NCBI GenBank assembly: GCA_964016885.1
Contig: OZ024740.1
Location: forward strand, 64,852,001-64,916,000
From: Eledone cirrhosa
Lineage: Eukaryota
Reading direction: 5' to 3'
Length of the DNA: 64,000 nt
Shown: in pieces, positions 40,730 to 60,222 of the stretch
Layout of the letters: each line of letters begins with the position of its first letter
Position numbering within the stretch: position 1 is the first letter of the stretch
The notes under the pieces: model-generated
What the model was told of the DNA's origin: nothing
What the model saw: the letters and a program-made list of their open reading frames with translations, nothing else
Database searches by the model: none
Position numbers and translations under genes: made by a program

Positions 40730-41571
40730 TGATATACTTTGGGAGGGTCATGTTGCCAATAAGAAACACACGCATCAGATGCTTTCACTCCAATTTATTA
40801 TAAATTAAATTCATAAATTTAAGAATTTATAAATTTCCGGTTTATTGGTTGGTTCAACAAGCGGACAGTTCATATATTGTCAAAGTTCTTTCGTCACACA
40901 TTCTGTGACCTCTTCAGTGACTGGGGATTCTTTTCTTTGTTTTGTGCCTCTCCTTCGTTCTGTCCTACGCCATCTTATTTTTGTGTGTGTTGTGTTTGCA
41001 CATGTCTTACATCCGGGTGTCTGTGTTTGTTTCTATTTGTTTATTTATTTGTTTATTTACTGTTACTGGTTGGTTGTTTGTTCTATGTGTGTGTGTGTTT
41101 TCATTTTGTCCTTAGTTGTAAGTTGTGATGTTGCTATCCCATTCATGTTTTCTATTTAATTTTGGTTGGAGTTCATTTATGTTTATCGCCTCCGTGATTT
41201 GTCTAAACATTGCGTCTTTTCTGTGTGTAGATTCTATTTTTATTTCTATGTTCTCTAATTTGCCCTTATGTTCTATTTTAGCATGTTGGTGGAGTATTGA
41301 TGATTCGTTTTTATCTTGAAGGTCTCGTCAGTGTTCATTTAACACATAGAACAAACAACCAAATAAATAAACAAATAAAAACACACACAGACACCCGGAT
41401 GTAACACATGCGCAAACTAATCACACAACACACACACACACAAGATGGCGTAGGACAGAACAAATGAGAGGCACAAAACAAAGAAAAGAATCCACAGTCA
41501 CTGAAGAGGTCACAGCATATGTGACGAAAGAACTTTGACAATATATGAACAACCGTCCGGTTGTGGAACCA
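40730..41571. mobile_element. PLE 3' end (family D): GIY-YIG C-terminus + pLTR, with inverted pLTR copy
   Basis: Minus 41340-41130 reads NEH*RDLQDKNESSILHQH...RQITEAININELQPKLNRKHEW. HHRs at 40879-40921 (-) and 41497-41539 (+). Confidence 0.8.
41497..41539 (+). ncRNA. Minimal hammerhead ribozyme
   Basis: gtca-CTGAAGA-g-gtcac/agcatat/gtgac-GAAA-gaac-TT-tgac. Confidence 0.8.
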
Positions 41572-41897
41572 ATATATATATATATATATATGGGTATAAA
41601 AGTGTGTGTTTTTGCGAGTGTGGGGGAATGAGGGCTTTATATGTGTGCGTGTGTGAAAGTGCTTGTAAACACCTGACCAAAGGCATTGTTAGCTTAAGTG
41701 AACCTTAAAGATCAGGAGGGGCACCCCCAGAATGCACCTGTCTATAGAATTCTATCTGCCTTTGTTATTCTAAATATAGCTTTTAAAGAATTGCCTTTTC
41801 TTTAAACCCATTAACCAATGACTTCCACCCATCCCAATCAACACCCTCTCCTACCACCAAAAAATATATAAATACCACCATAATACTTGGACAGCCG

Positions 41898-41947
41898 GCT
41901 TCCCGGTGATTTCTCCGGAATGAAACAGTTCTTGTCCTATAGAAGCC
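41898..41947 (+). ncRNA. Decayed family B hammerhead
   Basis: ggcttc-CCGGTGA-tttctccggaat-GAAA-cagttcttgtccta-TA-gaagcc. A 3' half of the same motif is at 6476-6505. Confidence 0.6.
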
Positions 41948-41986
41948 TTTCTACATTAAATATATATATATATATATAAATATATG

Positions 41987-42056
<70 letters not shown>

Positions 42057-42526
42057 AAAAAGTATGACCCCGACGGCAGAGCTCAAGCCGTTTCGACGGC
42101 TATTTCTCGACTATATATATATATATATAGTTTGTTAGTATATATTTTACTAACAATAATATGAGAGAGTCTACAAGGATGAGGAACAGTTTTCATCTCA
42201 AACAACTTCATCGTCGTTTCTATTTATTTAAATATAATTTTCTAATTTTAAACATAATGAAGCATGATTTTCTAAATGAATTGTGTTCGTTATAAACGTC
42301 ACAATTAAAATTCACAGTAAAAAGAATAAATAACATTTAAGATATTTTAACAGTAACAAAGATGTACCAATTGTCATAATAAACAAGCTTTGATATACGT
42401 ATCTGGAGGTGAGTCACTGATGCTGGGGTTGGCTTCCTCTTGTTAACGGTGGAGTTGTTGTTGTTAATGTTACTGTTGTCGTCGTTGCCTTCCTCTTGTT
42501 AATGGTGAAGATATAGAGCGAAATAC

Positions 42527-42760
42527 AAAATCCACCAAAAGACAATTATATAACAAAAGTATATAGAAATAAAAGTTAACATTTCTGCCTGGGACATAAA
42601 TATTTGTCTTACATTTGTGCAAACATCGTAACGATCGCGTCCATTGAGAATATCGTAACGATGTTTGCGAAAATGTATGACAAATATTTATATCCCAGAC
42701 AGAAATGTTAACTTTTATTTCTATATACTTTTTTTATATAATTGTCTGCTGGGGGATTTT
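42527..42760. repeat. Imperfect ~105 bp-arm palindrome (MITE-like)
   Basis: aaaagtatatagaaataaaagttaacatttctg ... cagaaatgttaacttttatttctatatactttt; centre near 42643. Confidence 0.75.
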
Positions 42761-42962
42761 TATATGTTGAAATATGAAAACGCAAAAATATGTGTTTTAG
42801 TTTTTAATTAATCCAGTAATTACGTTCGTTGTAAACAGGGAAATAAGCTCTCATAATATTGATATATCGACTAATTGTAAGCAGTTATGTAACATCTTCG
42901 TATTAGCCTCATCAAAATGCGCCCCCCTCAACGTTTAACCTCTGAAATGTCCCAAAATATTA

Positions 42963-43010
<48 letters not shown>

Positions 43011-43072
43011 CTGTGACATAGATGACTAAGCTTTTATATATACATATATGTGTGTGTGTGTATGAATATATG

Positions 43073-43959
<887 letters not shown>

Positions 43960-43960
<1 letters not shown>

Positions 43961-44342
43961 TATATATAAGTAAAAGGGATATTCAATCTGTTGGTAATTC
44001 AACAAGTATAAATGTTTATAACTGATTTAGAGCACTCGACAAGTTTTCTGGAGTATAATATTCAATGATATTAAATAAATAGAAACTATATTTATAAAAC
44101 CATATTTATTCTATTATATATATTTCAAGGGTACTAAAACTTTTGTACGCTCTCATCAGATAAAATACAAAGTTTGTTTTATAAATATTGACATATCCAA
44201 GGACGTGATCTTAACGGTTCAAGTTACTCCTGGATAATATCATTGATATTATACGCCAGAAAATCTGTCGAGTGCTTCGAATCAGTTATAAATATATATA
44301 TTTGTTGAATTACCAACAAATTAAATATCCCTTTGCTTATAT
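43960..44342. mobile_element. Head-to-head HHR element
   Basis: 43963-44072 is inverted relative to 44237-44342. Minus HHR at 44111-44163: ttat-CTGATGA-gagcgtac...gtaccctt-GAAA-tatata-TA-atag. Confidence 0.75.
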
Positions 44343-45600
44343 ATATATATAATATATATATATATTTTATATATATATATATGTGTGTGTGTGTGTAAAT
44401 ATAAATAGCTGATAACGTTCTCAGTAAAGAGACACATGTCCGGGAGTTTAATCCGTCTTATATTCTTTACCATTAATGATTAAATCAACTTACTTATAAC
44501 GACCGCAATGACTACAACAGAGACTCCAAATGGAGTTGCAACAACAGCGCGAAATAACCATCAGGTCAGTCAGTTACTTTCCCCAAACACCGCCACCACA
44601 GTTCCACAAAAACAAGCAACGTATCAAAACTAAGGATTCATGTATTCACGAAGAGTATACAAAAGTTATGTGGTCGATTATATTCTATTGATCTTTTCAG
44701 CCTGAAATATTCTGTGTACATTGCCATAATTCGTAGCACAAACCACTCATGATTATTACATATGGTCCATAAACAATATTAACTAAGTATAATTTGAGAA
44801 GACCAATGCAGTGAACTGGATAGATAGTTATTCGTTTTAAGCGGGTTAATATAATGTAGATGGACATATCATTTGTTCTATAATGAAATTTCATAGAAAA
44901 ATATATTGCAGAACACACGTCTAGTATATATTTAATCATGTCTTATCTCGAGATGTTAACCAGATACTAAAGCTATGATGAGTTTAAAGCTGCCAAATGT
45001 TAAGAGAAATTTGGAATTTATTTCGACAAAATGTTAAAGGTTACATTTTCACTCACTGATCAAGCGTATCAAAGAAGACATTCTCGTTTCATAGAGTTTT
45101 CATGTCTGGTCTCCATATTCATGCACAGATGATTCAACGTCATACAATATTGTGGTCTGTGCGAATTTAAGTAAAGTAATTTCAACGATATTAAATATTT
45201 TAGATATAGATTTATAACTGTTGAAACCAGAAATTCGTATGGATTTATTCATCTGATATTTCAAAAAAGATGTTTACTTCGAATAGCATATTCATCAAAT
45301 AATCTATAAGAAGCACATCAACTGTAAATAGAAATAGGTATCATCATGTATTTCATACGTTTCTGTCTAATAGTGGAATATAAAGATGTTTAAATGTAGA
45401 ACTACCTACGGTAATGTATATAAGATCGCCAACTCCAGGTGACGAATAGGAAAGTTTCTTTGAAAATCGAGTGGAATGCTTTGCATTATTCGATCCGGTA
45501 ATTGAGCTCTAATCCAGTTTTTAATCCACTCCTGGTCGACAAAAATGTACCCATCCGAAACTAGCGTCAATTTTATATTTATGTCTGCTTCTCTCTTTTC

Positions 45601-46204
<604 letters not shown>

Positions 46205-46207
<3 letters not shown>

Positions 46208-46834
46208 TCAAAGGTATATATTGAGTTACGAAATCAAAATAGTCTCTTACAATAAAATAGCTCCAAGAAAGAGATTTTTCCGAGCCGTATATTATAATTG
46301 AATACAAAAGAAAAACGAACACAGACATATACATATATGTCTTCACATCGCAAGGGACCAGATTCGCTAAGGTGAAAATAATACTAACTATAGACAATAG
46401 GGTTTGCCTGTCTCAATTTAAGAAAAAATCAAGAAAATAAATACAAACCGGAATTGTGGTAACTACCAATCACCCAAACTGCTTGGTGCTGTTTCGCAAT
46501 ACGAATTAATTGTGAATAGAAATACCAAATCTTGCTCATCAGTGGGTGACAAAACAGTGTCCTAGACTCTTCTAAGTATATTAAGGAACTGAATAGTGTG
46601 CTATATATAATAACGCACATGGTATCTTAGCATGTCTCACAAACTTACACCAACTAAAAATAGCAGCCAGGTTTATTCGACATTTGAAATAGCTCCACAA
46701 ATGAACGGAGCCGAATATATCAAAGGTATATATTGAGATAGGAACTCAAAATTGTCTCTTACAATAAAATAGCTCTAAGAAAGAGATTTTTCCGAGCCGT
46801 ATATTATAATTGAATATAAAAGAAAAACGAACAC

Positions 46835-46837
<3 letters not shown>
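46205..46837 (-). mobile_element. Retrozyme/pLTR-like element: ~511 bp unit with ~120 bp terminal direct repeat and one HHR
   Basis: 46205-46326 is repeated at 46716-46837. Flanked by (TA)n. Confidence 0.75.
46470..46549 (-). ncRNA. Type I hammerhead ribozyme (GUU site)
   Basis: Reverse complement tcaccca-CTGATGA-gcaa...ttgc-GAAA-cagcaccaagcag-TT-tgggtga; 7 bp stem I. Confidence 0.85.
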
Positions 46838-46896
<59 letters not shown>

Positions 46897-46898
<2 letters not shown>

Positions 46899-47081
46899 CG
46901 AAGGAAATGTGGTAAGGAACCAGGTGGACCATAACGCACCAAAGTACTCAATACTTGAAGTAGTAGAGTGGGTAATAGGAACCAGTAAGACCCCGACAGC
47001 TGAGCTCAAGCCGTTTCGACGGCTAATTCCAGAATTAGCCGTCGAAACGGCTTGAGCTCAGCTGTCGGGGTCTTACTGGTT

Positions 47082-47083
<2 letters not shown>
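46897..47083. mobile_element. Family C palindromic element
   Basis: Arms centred on gacggctaattc-ca-gaattagccgtc (~47030). Confidence 0.85.
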
Positions 47084-47144
<61 letters not shown>

Positions 47145-47634
47145 TACTTCTCAAGAATAAATCGGGTCTGTTGGAGGAGGGGGGGGGTCACTGTCGGGTT
47201 TAAAATTCCAAAGATGCTTTTTCTACAACAACCCCTGGAATTATGATTCCATATATACACATGCCTATGTGTATGTTTGTAGATATAAATGTAGGTCCGT
47301 AGTTCGATTTACGATGGCGCGCTCTAGACTTGGGCATGAGAATAGATATCATATAGGCATGGTCAGATGACAAAAATTGCTTGTATCTGTAATACAAAAG
47401 GCCAGCATCGTAACACACTACGTCATGCTGAATATCACTGAGGGATATGTTAAAGTTACACGTGCCGATATATTGATGAAATACCTGCTCATGTAGGTTT
47501 TCGCTTGGATGAAACAATTGATACATTTGGCATCAGAAATGACAGAGGTATAACACAAATAAGTATGTCTATATGTATATATGCTGGTGTATGTATAGAT
47601 TTATACATGTGTGAGTATATATATATATATATAT

Positions 47635-51775
<4,141 letters not shown>

Positions 51776-51829
51776 AAAAATCCAAACTCTAGGGCTTTCT
51801 TACTCCTGTTGGAGGAAACCCTCCCTGGT

Positions 51830-52308
51830 TGACGTCCAGCCTTCTTGTCTCTGGCCATATCGGGCCATGTGGGCCAAGGTACACATAACTCTCTACTTTC
51901 CCATTTACAATCAGTGGTGATGATGTAGCATCACTGACAAAAATGATTTTGGTTTTCCTTATATGGATTTTAAGGCCTAATGGTTGGCTAACTGTGTGGA
52001 TGTAATTGGGCAACTCCAATTCCTGTGGTTTGCTATATTAGGAGGATGTCGTCTGCAAATTCTAGGTGGCAGAAGAGTTCGCCATCTATGTTAATTCTCT
52101 TGCTCTCCGAGTTTACTTTCCTGATGATGCTGTCTTGTAAACAAGATGTAAATATTCTCATGCAATTATTGACTCCTTGAATTGTCCCTCTTCCTAACTT
52201 GATATTGTCGCTAACTTGGTGAAATCTCAAATCGGATATTGCGCCTTCGTAAAGATCCTTAATTAGTGTGTGAGCAAGGCCCATTCCCTTGTTCTCCAGT
52301 GATGTAAC
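51830..52308 (-). mobile_element. LINE RT fragment (RTE-like)
   Basis: [45 protein letters not shown]. Confidence 0.75.
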
Positions 52309-52323
52309 TATATATATATATAT

Positions 52324-52488
52324 AACGAAGGAGTTGTGGTAAGGAACCAGAAGGACCATAACGCACCAGAGTACTCAATACTTAGGGTATTAGAGTGGGT
52401 AATAGGAAAATGTATGACCCCGACGGCAGAGCTCAAGCCGTTTCGACGGCTATATCAAGAAATAGCCGTCGAAACGGTCATACATTTT

Positions 52489-52490
<2 letters not shown>
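52324..52490. mobile_element. Family C element
   Basis: ccgtttcgacggctat-atcaagaa-atagccgtcgaaacgg. Confidence 0.8.
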
Positions 52491-52569
<79 letters not shown>

Positions 52570-53619
52570 GAGGGGGGATTTTAATTTGGAATACATATGG
52601 TTTCCTTAATATGTAAAAATTGTGGTTCATTACATTGCTTAAAATACGTGGCAACTCAGCATATTTTCACCTCGGTAGTATCATGATGGCATTAGATAAA
52701 CAGTACCAGTTTATCCATTCGCGAACCATCAAACGTCGACCTTTATAAAAAGATGTATATGAATTTGGAGTCTTGTTTACTTCCGCTGCTCAGAGCGGGA
52801 CAGCTCAAAGTGAGCTATAATAAACATACGTCTCCTTCCCTAGTCAAGGGAAAAAACAAAATACTTCAGCCACGCCTGGAAAGGAAAATAGGAAATATTC
52901 AGAAATATTCAGGTTCTTTATCAGCGGAACCAGTAAATATGGATCCTGATGTGATGTGAGATGGATAATATTGAAGACCTCATTAAATCATAATATCTAC
53001 CACAATGCCAGGAGTGAATCGTGGTAAATTTGACCGCACGGCACCATATTGGTCCTTCAATGCATCAGACACCAATGTTACACTAGAGCACCTCATCCCA
53101 TACCAAACTGATAGGTGCTACAAGACCTGCACATGCTAGCCATTTCAAGGAAATAACTGTATACCGAGAGAATATTCAAATTGTTTCATTTAAGCTGCTT
53201 CAGAGAAAAAGCAAACAGATTTAAAGTTGATTCCATTAAATCAGGAAAACAACAAACAAACAAACAAAAACAAAAACAATTTGTTTCAAAAGTGATTTAG
53301 CTTCGCAAGGAAAGAAGATTCCAGAAGCATTTATATATATATTTTAGTAAAGGCTCATTGAAGGAGAAAGAGAGGGTAATCTGCTACATTTAAACGGATA
53401 CAATCATGAAACTCATTTATTTGTGAATATTTCTGTATGAGTATATATACTCATATACCCACACCAATCCCCATTGACATACACACCCGCGTGCACATAT
53501 AAATGTATATTATGTACGTGTATATATATATATATACATGTCCATTCACATATGTATACAAAAAGATAAAGGATAGATGCTTACCTGTTTTTTCTCTTTT
53601 ATTATATATATATATATAT

Positions 53620-54051
53620 ATATATTGGTAAACGGAATAGAAAATGCTGACAAATTGTTCACAGTTGAAAAATGGTTTAATTAGGAATAAAAGAGTATTA
53701 GTAATTGTATGGGTTAGTATTCAGTTGTGGTTTTAAGTTTTTAAGTTTTTACCGGTTGCGCATTTCTAAATGCTTTTCAAAAATAATTTTGAGACAGAGT
53801 GTCCGTGCTGTTTGCTCTGATCAGAGCAAACAGCACGGACACTCTGTCTCAAAATTATTTTTGAAAAGCATTTAGAAATGCGCAACCGGTAAAAACTTAA
53901 AAACTTAAAACCACAACTGAATACTAACCCATACAATTACTAATACTCTTTTATTCCTAATTAAACCATTTTTCAACTGTGAACAATTTGTCAGCATTTT
54001 CTATTCCGTTTACCAATATATAATAACTTGTGTGTTACACCTCTATTCTTT

Positions 54052-54056
<5 letters not shown>
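53620..54056. mobile_element. Perfect spacer-less ~200 bp-arm palindrome with HHR 3'-half-like motif
   Basis: Centre ctctga|tcagag at 53820/53821, followed by CAAA-cag...ctg-TC. Unpaired tail 54022-54056. Confidence 0.8.
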
Positions 54057-54083
<27 letters not shown>

Positions 54084-54086
<3 letters not shown>

Positions 54087-54188
54087 CGAAAGAGTTGTTT
54101 TAAGGAACCAGACGGACCATAATGCACCATAGTACTCAAAACTTAGGGTAGTAGAGTGGGCAATAGGAAAATATATGTCCCTGGGGAC
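54084..54188 (-). mobile_element. Family C 3' fragment
   Basis: aacgaaagagttg...gtactcaa...ataggaaaa; ends in a mini-hairpin atatgtccc/ggggacatat. Confidence 0.7.
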
Positions 54189-54227
54189 ATATATATAAAT
54201 ACATATATATATATGTGCGAGTGCGTG

Positions 54228-54321
<94 letters not shown>

Positions 54322-55159
54322 CTTTTGTGTATGTATATATATTTTCTACAGTTGAATCAATATATAGATAAATATATATTTCCGACAACCTTGTCGTCAA
54401 ACATACTTATGGTGTTCGATATTAAACTGGATAGGAATGTATGAAGACCAAATGCAAAAATAAATAAGTAATTATATGAACTGGCCTAACATTCTGTGTT
54501 TTCTACACATTTTAATCTACATTGTAGGTGATATAACATCACCATACATTTTACCTCATAGTCAGGGTTGGAAGTGCACTGTCTGGTTAACATTTGATGA
54601 AGGAAGACGCCCTGAGAAATGGAGACTGTGTTAATGTTAGTAGAATATTTCCACCCGTTAGTGGGACCCAGTATCACTTTGGTGGTATTAAGCTGTGCGA
54701 GAAGGTTAGAGTTGTATTCAAATTCAGAACCCCAAATGCTTGAACAAATACCACAAGCCACCTCTTCCAATCCTGTAATAACTCTGCCTAAAATCTGCTC
54801 TATACTTTATTCATAAGATGCCGGGAGGTTAAATTCAGACAGAGGGAAAACAGAACGTATATCGCAAGGCATATTGTTCTACGCTTCAAAGTATCTGTCA
54901 TATACAGAAAACATATGTAGTGATGTTATCTTGCTTTTTCAGAATATTTATATTTGTGTTGACCCTTCATTTATATCAAAGTTGATCCTATTCATTTCAG
55001 TTCCCTACATGCCTGATCGAACACTATTTACAGAACGCAAAGGGACATAGCTTAAACAATATCAGATAAAACAATCAATGATGTAAACATAATCACACCT
55101 ACAGATACACGAACGCAGGCACACATGCACAACACACACACACACGCACGCACACATAA

Positions 55160-55229
<70 letters not shown>

Positions 55230-57559
55230 CAATCCAATCATTTGCACGGTTCCAGCGTTTCAAATTGTAGTTCTAAATCATGTGTTAATCAGGGGAAACT
55301 ATTACATTTCCACAGATGCAACTATGTTTAGGAATTGAACATGTTAACCCCATCAGCATACATATAACTGAACTTATCGAGGGGGCTATATCGTTCATTT
55401 TTGTGATTTCATTCAAATTCAATGTACCTCGCCACCAAAAAATAGCAAGAACACCGTCAAACAGATTTGACCTTTGCAAATCTGGTGTATACAAAATAAA
55501 TCGAAAAAGATTTCTTTTATCATTTTGAATGTTTTTAGTGAATATAAAAAGTCGCTTCTTCTCAAGTAAAACCTCTGCTTAGTTTATGGATAATGTGGCG
55601 CCAATACAATAGGCGTAGATTGAATTGTACAAAATATAGCACAAATAAACAAGTTCATATATTTCTCCGAAACCATTTATTACCTTAATATTTAACTGAA
55701 GAAAAGCATTTGTCATATAATAACATTAGATTTTATTTCCAACTCGTGCAATATAACTTGTTTTAGGAATAGTTAGTTGCAACGAAATTATGATTTCAAG
55801 CATAGACATAAGCTTAAACAATTATCTTTACTGAAAATTCACAATTAAAAGTACACATATTTTCGTGAAACTATAATACACCTGGCTTGAAGCAGTTCGT
55901 GGCTTTTATGATTAGAAATACTCCCACACCACAGTTAAATATTAATCATACATTTTACATATATGATTATCCCGAAGGTGAAATCCATTTAGGAATGCTC
56001 TCACATTTATTTGAACTTCATTTCTATAATGGTTTTATGAAAGATAGAGGAAGGAACAGAAAGAGAAAGTGTGTGTGTGAGAAAGAGATAGATAGATAGA
56101 TAGATAGAGATAGAGAGAGAGAGAGTCGGAACGAAAGGGAGAACATTTCAAGAGAACAGAATGCTATATCGTGTACGATTTATTGTTATTTTATTTTTAT
56201 GATTAAGTTATTTTACAAAATGTATTTAACGAGATACTTTTGAAGATATATTTTAGCTTGTGTTCATATCTTTCATAGTTATTGTCAAAAACCTGTCTGT
56301 TTTTTTATGGCACTGTTAATTAATATAGCAATACTAAACTAACTAAACACTTTTGATAGCAATACTATACTAACTAAACACGTTTTTACATCATGTATTA
56401 AAATTAAGGTTAAAATAATATATATTTTCAAAGTCTGTTTTGAAATTTAAAACGTAGTTTGATGGGCAGTAAAATAAATATTTTGGTCTGTTCTTCATAA
56501 TATCATATTAGTATTTTTGCATAAAGAAAGCCGAAACTAAATTTGAATTTCAATAAAGCTTCAAATAACAAGTGAATATTAGTTTTCATATTTAAAACTA
56601 ACAACATATATCCAGCCTTTCTCGAATTAAATTTATTCACAAAACAAAATATATCAGGGATCCTTACTTGCAATCTGGGCATATGATATCTAAATGGTAT
56701 TAACAAACGTTTATATTTACCTTAATTTTCTCTATGTGTCTCTAACATATGTAAGCATAAACACACTAGCATTAATCAGCGCTCCCTTTGAAACACCGAT
56801 AGATATAATCCCCTACGCTCATTCATATATTAAACCACGCACTGGAACACTTTTATTAGTTTTTTAATGAGTACCATCATGGACATCGAGGACAAGTGAG
56901 TTCGACGCCTATAAAATTTGCGTTAAAATTTTAGTAGATGATTGTAGAAAAGGCATGTGCATGTATAGAATTGCAATTTTCTGATATTTTGGAAATAAAG
57001 AATTAGTTGTGGAGGTTATTGCAGAGCCTTTGTTATTGGCTATAATATGAACGATTGAAGAGGGACAATACCTGACAATAATTCCTGGATGAATTGAAGA
57101 CAAGACCAGAAAGCTATGAGTATCTAAGAGAGTGAGAAAGTAAGTTGTTTGCTAAACATCTGCATTATAAATTATTCTCATTCTTCTTACAACAATAATT
57201 TGTATTATTGATGTATGTGTAGGTTTGTCTGAGTGTGTACTGTGTTTGGTTTTGCTTTAGTGTTTATGTATCTGTATGTTTGTCTCTGTGTGTGTGTGTG
57301 AATCTATCTCTGTGTGTGTGAATCTATCTCTGCGTTTTTGTATGTATGTGAGTTTATGCAAAACTCACTGAAATATCCGGTAGGATTGCTCAAATTCACT
57401 TATATCTGCATTACCAGAAGTGGATAAAACATAATTTGTAGAATAATATGTATTGATATAGACGAATGATTTTCATAGTGGATACGGAGAATCCTATAGG
57501 AAAGTGCTTGTTTGGAATTTAGCCATCTACGTAGAACTATATGTTGGCATTTTAGATTT

Positions 57560-58800
57560 AGTCTGAACAATCCAATTATGTATCCTTCCATTGCAAAACG
57601 ACAGCTAAAACAGGACGTAGAAGGAAATAATAATAACTATTATTATATGTCTATGGCCTGTTTTGAATTTAAGAAGTCATATGATTTGGTGCGTGATTTT
57701 TGGATTGTTGAATGCCTGTAGATGTTTGGTATGGCTGAAAGCATAACTAATTTTCTTCTGAATTATATGATAGAATAGAATACCAAGTTGTACTCGAGCA
57801 ATGTATTCCTTGGGGAGGTAGAAATTACGGAGAATAATCCAAGGTAACTCATTTTCACCATCAATATTTGTCATAACTCATACATCTATAATGCCAACAC
57901 CCAGGAGAATTGAAATGGATTACCAATGTGGAAAGAAAGAAATCTTAATAAATCAACTTCTGTTTAAGTGTAACCTGAAACTGTTTGGCAAGTTTTAAAA
58001 CCAGATAGATTCTTTGATTTAAACTATCCAGATACGTAGCAGTGATAACGGTATGGAATTTAGTATCTACAAATGATATGTGCTCAATATCAAAAGAGGG
58101 AAGAAAACAGCCATCGGGAAAAACATAGGTGAAATAGAAGATAGTGACTACAGTTATTTGGTGATATTAAAACTGTATGATATTGCACATGCAGAATTGA
58201 AAGAAAAAGATGAAATAATCTTATAATCCAAACTGAATACGAGAAATTTAGTCACTTTACTGAATGTCAGGACAGCTGCTGTGGTTTGATATAGTGCATC
58301 CATTCTAAGGTGGACAGAATAAAAAATATTAAAGTTGGATAGAAAGACGAGAAATTTAATGATATTGTACGGAGCTTTACACCCTATAGCAAATATAAAT
58401 AGATTGTACATGAAGAGAAAGACGGGTGATAGGAGTCTCATCAGGTTATTTTATAAGGTGCAAAGGAAGAACGCTTGCTGAATATTTGTTAAGCAGCGAC
58501 GAAACTGTGTTGCAATATGCATAAAAAGATAAGGGTATGAATGCAAATGAAATGGTTGGTAAGTAATATATTAAGCAAAGGTTTGATGAGAAGAAAAACA
58601 AAGATCTTCTGGAAATAGGAATGCATGTTCAGTTCGAAAGAAATACACAGGATATCAGGATAAAATATCATTATATACATGGACTAAGCAAGGCAATTTG
58701 AATTGTGCGACTGGAAGACTTATAATTGAAACACAACTCGGTGAAGTTTAAGGACTACAAAACGTCTGAAAACCAGAAATGCAGATTTTGTGAAAAGAAT
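57560..58800 (+). pseudogene. Highly decayed R4/Dong-like RT
   Basis: MSMACFEFKKSYDLV..WIVECL (cf. MAWIDYKKAYD); IIQGNSFSP; INQLLF..NLKLF; LDRKTR..MILYGALHP..NINRLYM.RK.G.R.L. Confidence 0.7.
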
Positions 58801-59094
58801 GTGGAAATTTAACCTCTTGAAGAGCTTAACAGGAATATAAAATGTTTAGGAGAAGGCATAGAAGTCCTGTTCCCAAAACATCCAGTTTAATATTGTAATG
58901 AAAATTGATCAAATATATAGAGCTGGAAATACTCATTTATTGAGTGTAGAATTTGAGAGATAAAATAAAAGCAAGGTATCATTCCTAGAGCACCCACAGC
59001 GTCTGGTATTATTTTAGCTCTCAAATTTCATATTCTCGTAAGATTACGTATTCCTAATGTCTGGAAACACGTGTATAGAAGAAATAGAAAATAT

Positions 59095-59280
59095 AGTAAT
59101 AATTGTTTCTACGTGAGGCACAAGGCCAGCAATTACCCAGTGCAATACTGGTACTTTATTTTATCGACCCCGTAAGGATGAAAGGTAAAGTTAACCTTCG
59201 CGGGATTTGAACTCAGAATGGCAAGGGCCGTAACTCTATGCGTCAAAGCATGGCGTCCGACCTTCTACCGATACTGCCAA
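59095..59280 (-). mobile_element. tRNA-derived SINE with conserved central domain (octopus-type, Meta/Nin-like)
   Basis: Reverse complement tggcagtatcggtag...gagttcaaatccc...cctttcatccttacggggtcgataaaataaagtaccag...ggccttgtgcct...aattatt. A related fragment is near 24130-24165. Confidence 0.8.
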
Positions 59281-59407
59281 TAATGGCAACTGCCCATGCA
59301 ATAAGGAAAATTCCGCCTATCTCTCTCTCCCTCTCCCACTACATATATATATGTATATATTTATTTATTTATTTATTGATAGAGAGAGCTACTTTACCAG
59401 TCCGTCA

Positions 59408-59562
59408 TTTTCTTTCCATCGCACATATTATTAAACCCTTAAATATCATTCTTAATACATATTAATTTTTTTTCCATCGCACATGTTATTAAACCCTTAA
59501 ATATTATTCTTAATACATATTAACATTTTCTTTTCATCGCACATATTATTAAACCCCTCAAT
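59408..59562 (+). repeat. ~58-60 bp tandem repeat x2.6
   Basis: catcgcacatattattaaaccct recurs three times. Confidence 0.8.
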
Positions 59563-59926
59563 ATACAAACCTTAACTTTACATTATTTTTCTCTTCGTTA
59601 ATTTTCAAATTCTTTTAATTTATACATTATCTTCCAACGGTTTTCAACCTCTCTATGTAAAATAATATATCTTTCTCAGTTATAAAAGCTATCTCTCTCT
59701 CTCTATCACCCATCTCTCCTCCTATCTCATCCTTCCTCATTATACTCCTCCCTCTCCACTTTTTACTCTCATCCCCTCCTCTTTTTCATCCTTTCCACCC
59801 ACCCCCACCCCCTCAAAATAAATATTTTGCCCAATATCACACAACAATCTAAAACTACTTTTCATATGTTGATTTAAAACTGCACTATCCACAAGTGTTT
59901 TTTAACCTTCATATCATGTCTTCCTG

Positions 59927-59993
59927 TTTTATCTGATGAAAACACAAATATTATTGCATGATGATATTTGTTTTTGAAATGCGCATAATAAAA
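59927..59993 (+). ncRNA. Type I hammerhead ribozyme
   Basis: ttttat-CTGATGA-aaacacaaatattatt...gatatttgttttt-GAAA-tgcgca-TA-ataaaa. The element ends at 60122 in (TA)n. Confidence 0.85.
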
Positions 59994-60121
59994 TACATGG
60001 AACTCTTTTAACCATCTTTTGTTCTTATATATTATGTATACTCCAGTCCTACAAACTGTAGAGTGCTTCTTATTCGATATCTGCATTGCTTTATTGTACT
60101 ACAATAAAACTCACCTCCTAC

Positions 60122-60222
<101 letters not shown>

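Noticed and set aside
41328-41330. In-frame TGA in GIY-YIG remnant as selenocysteine
   Set aside because: Position after 'EH' is not a conserved Cys; more likely a TGG-to-TGA decay.
54486-55528. Short non-repetitive ORFs as host exons
   Set aside because: No recognisable domain and no convincing paired splice signals.
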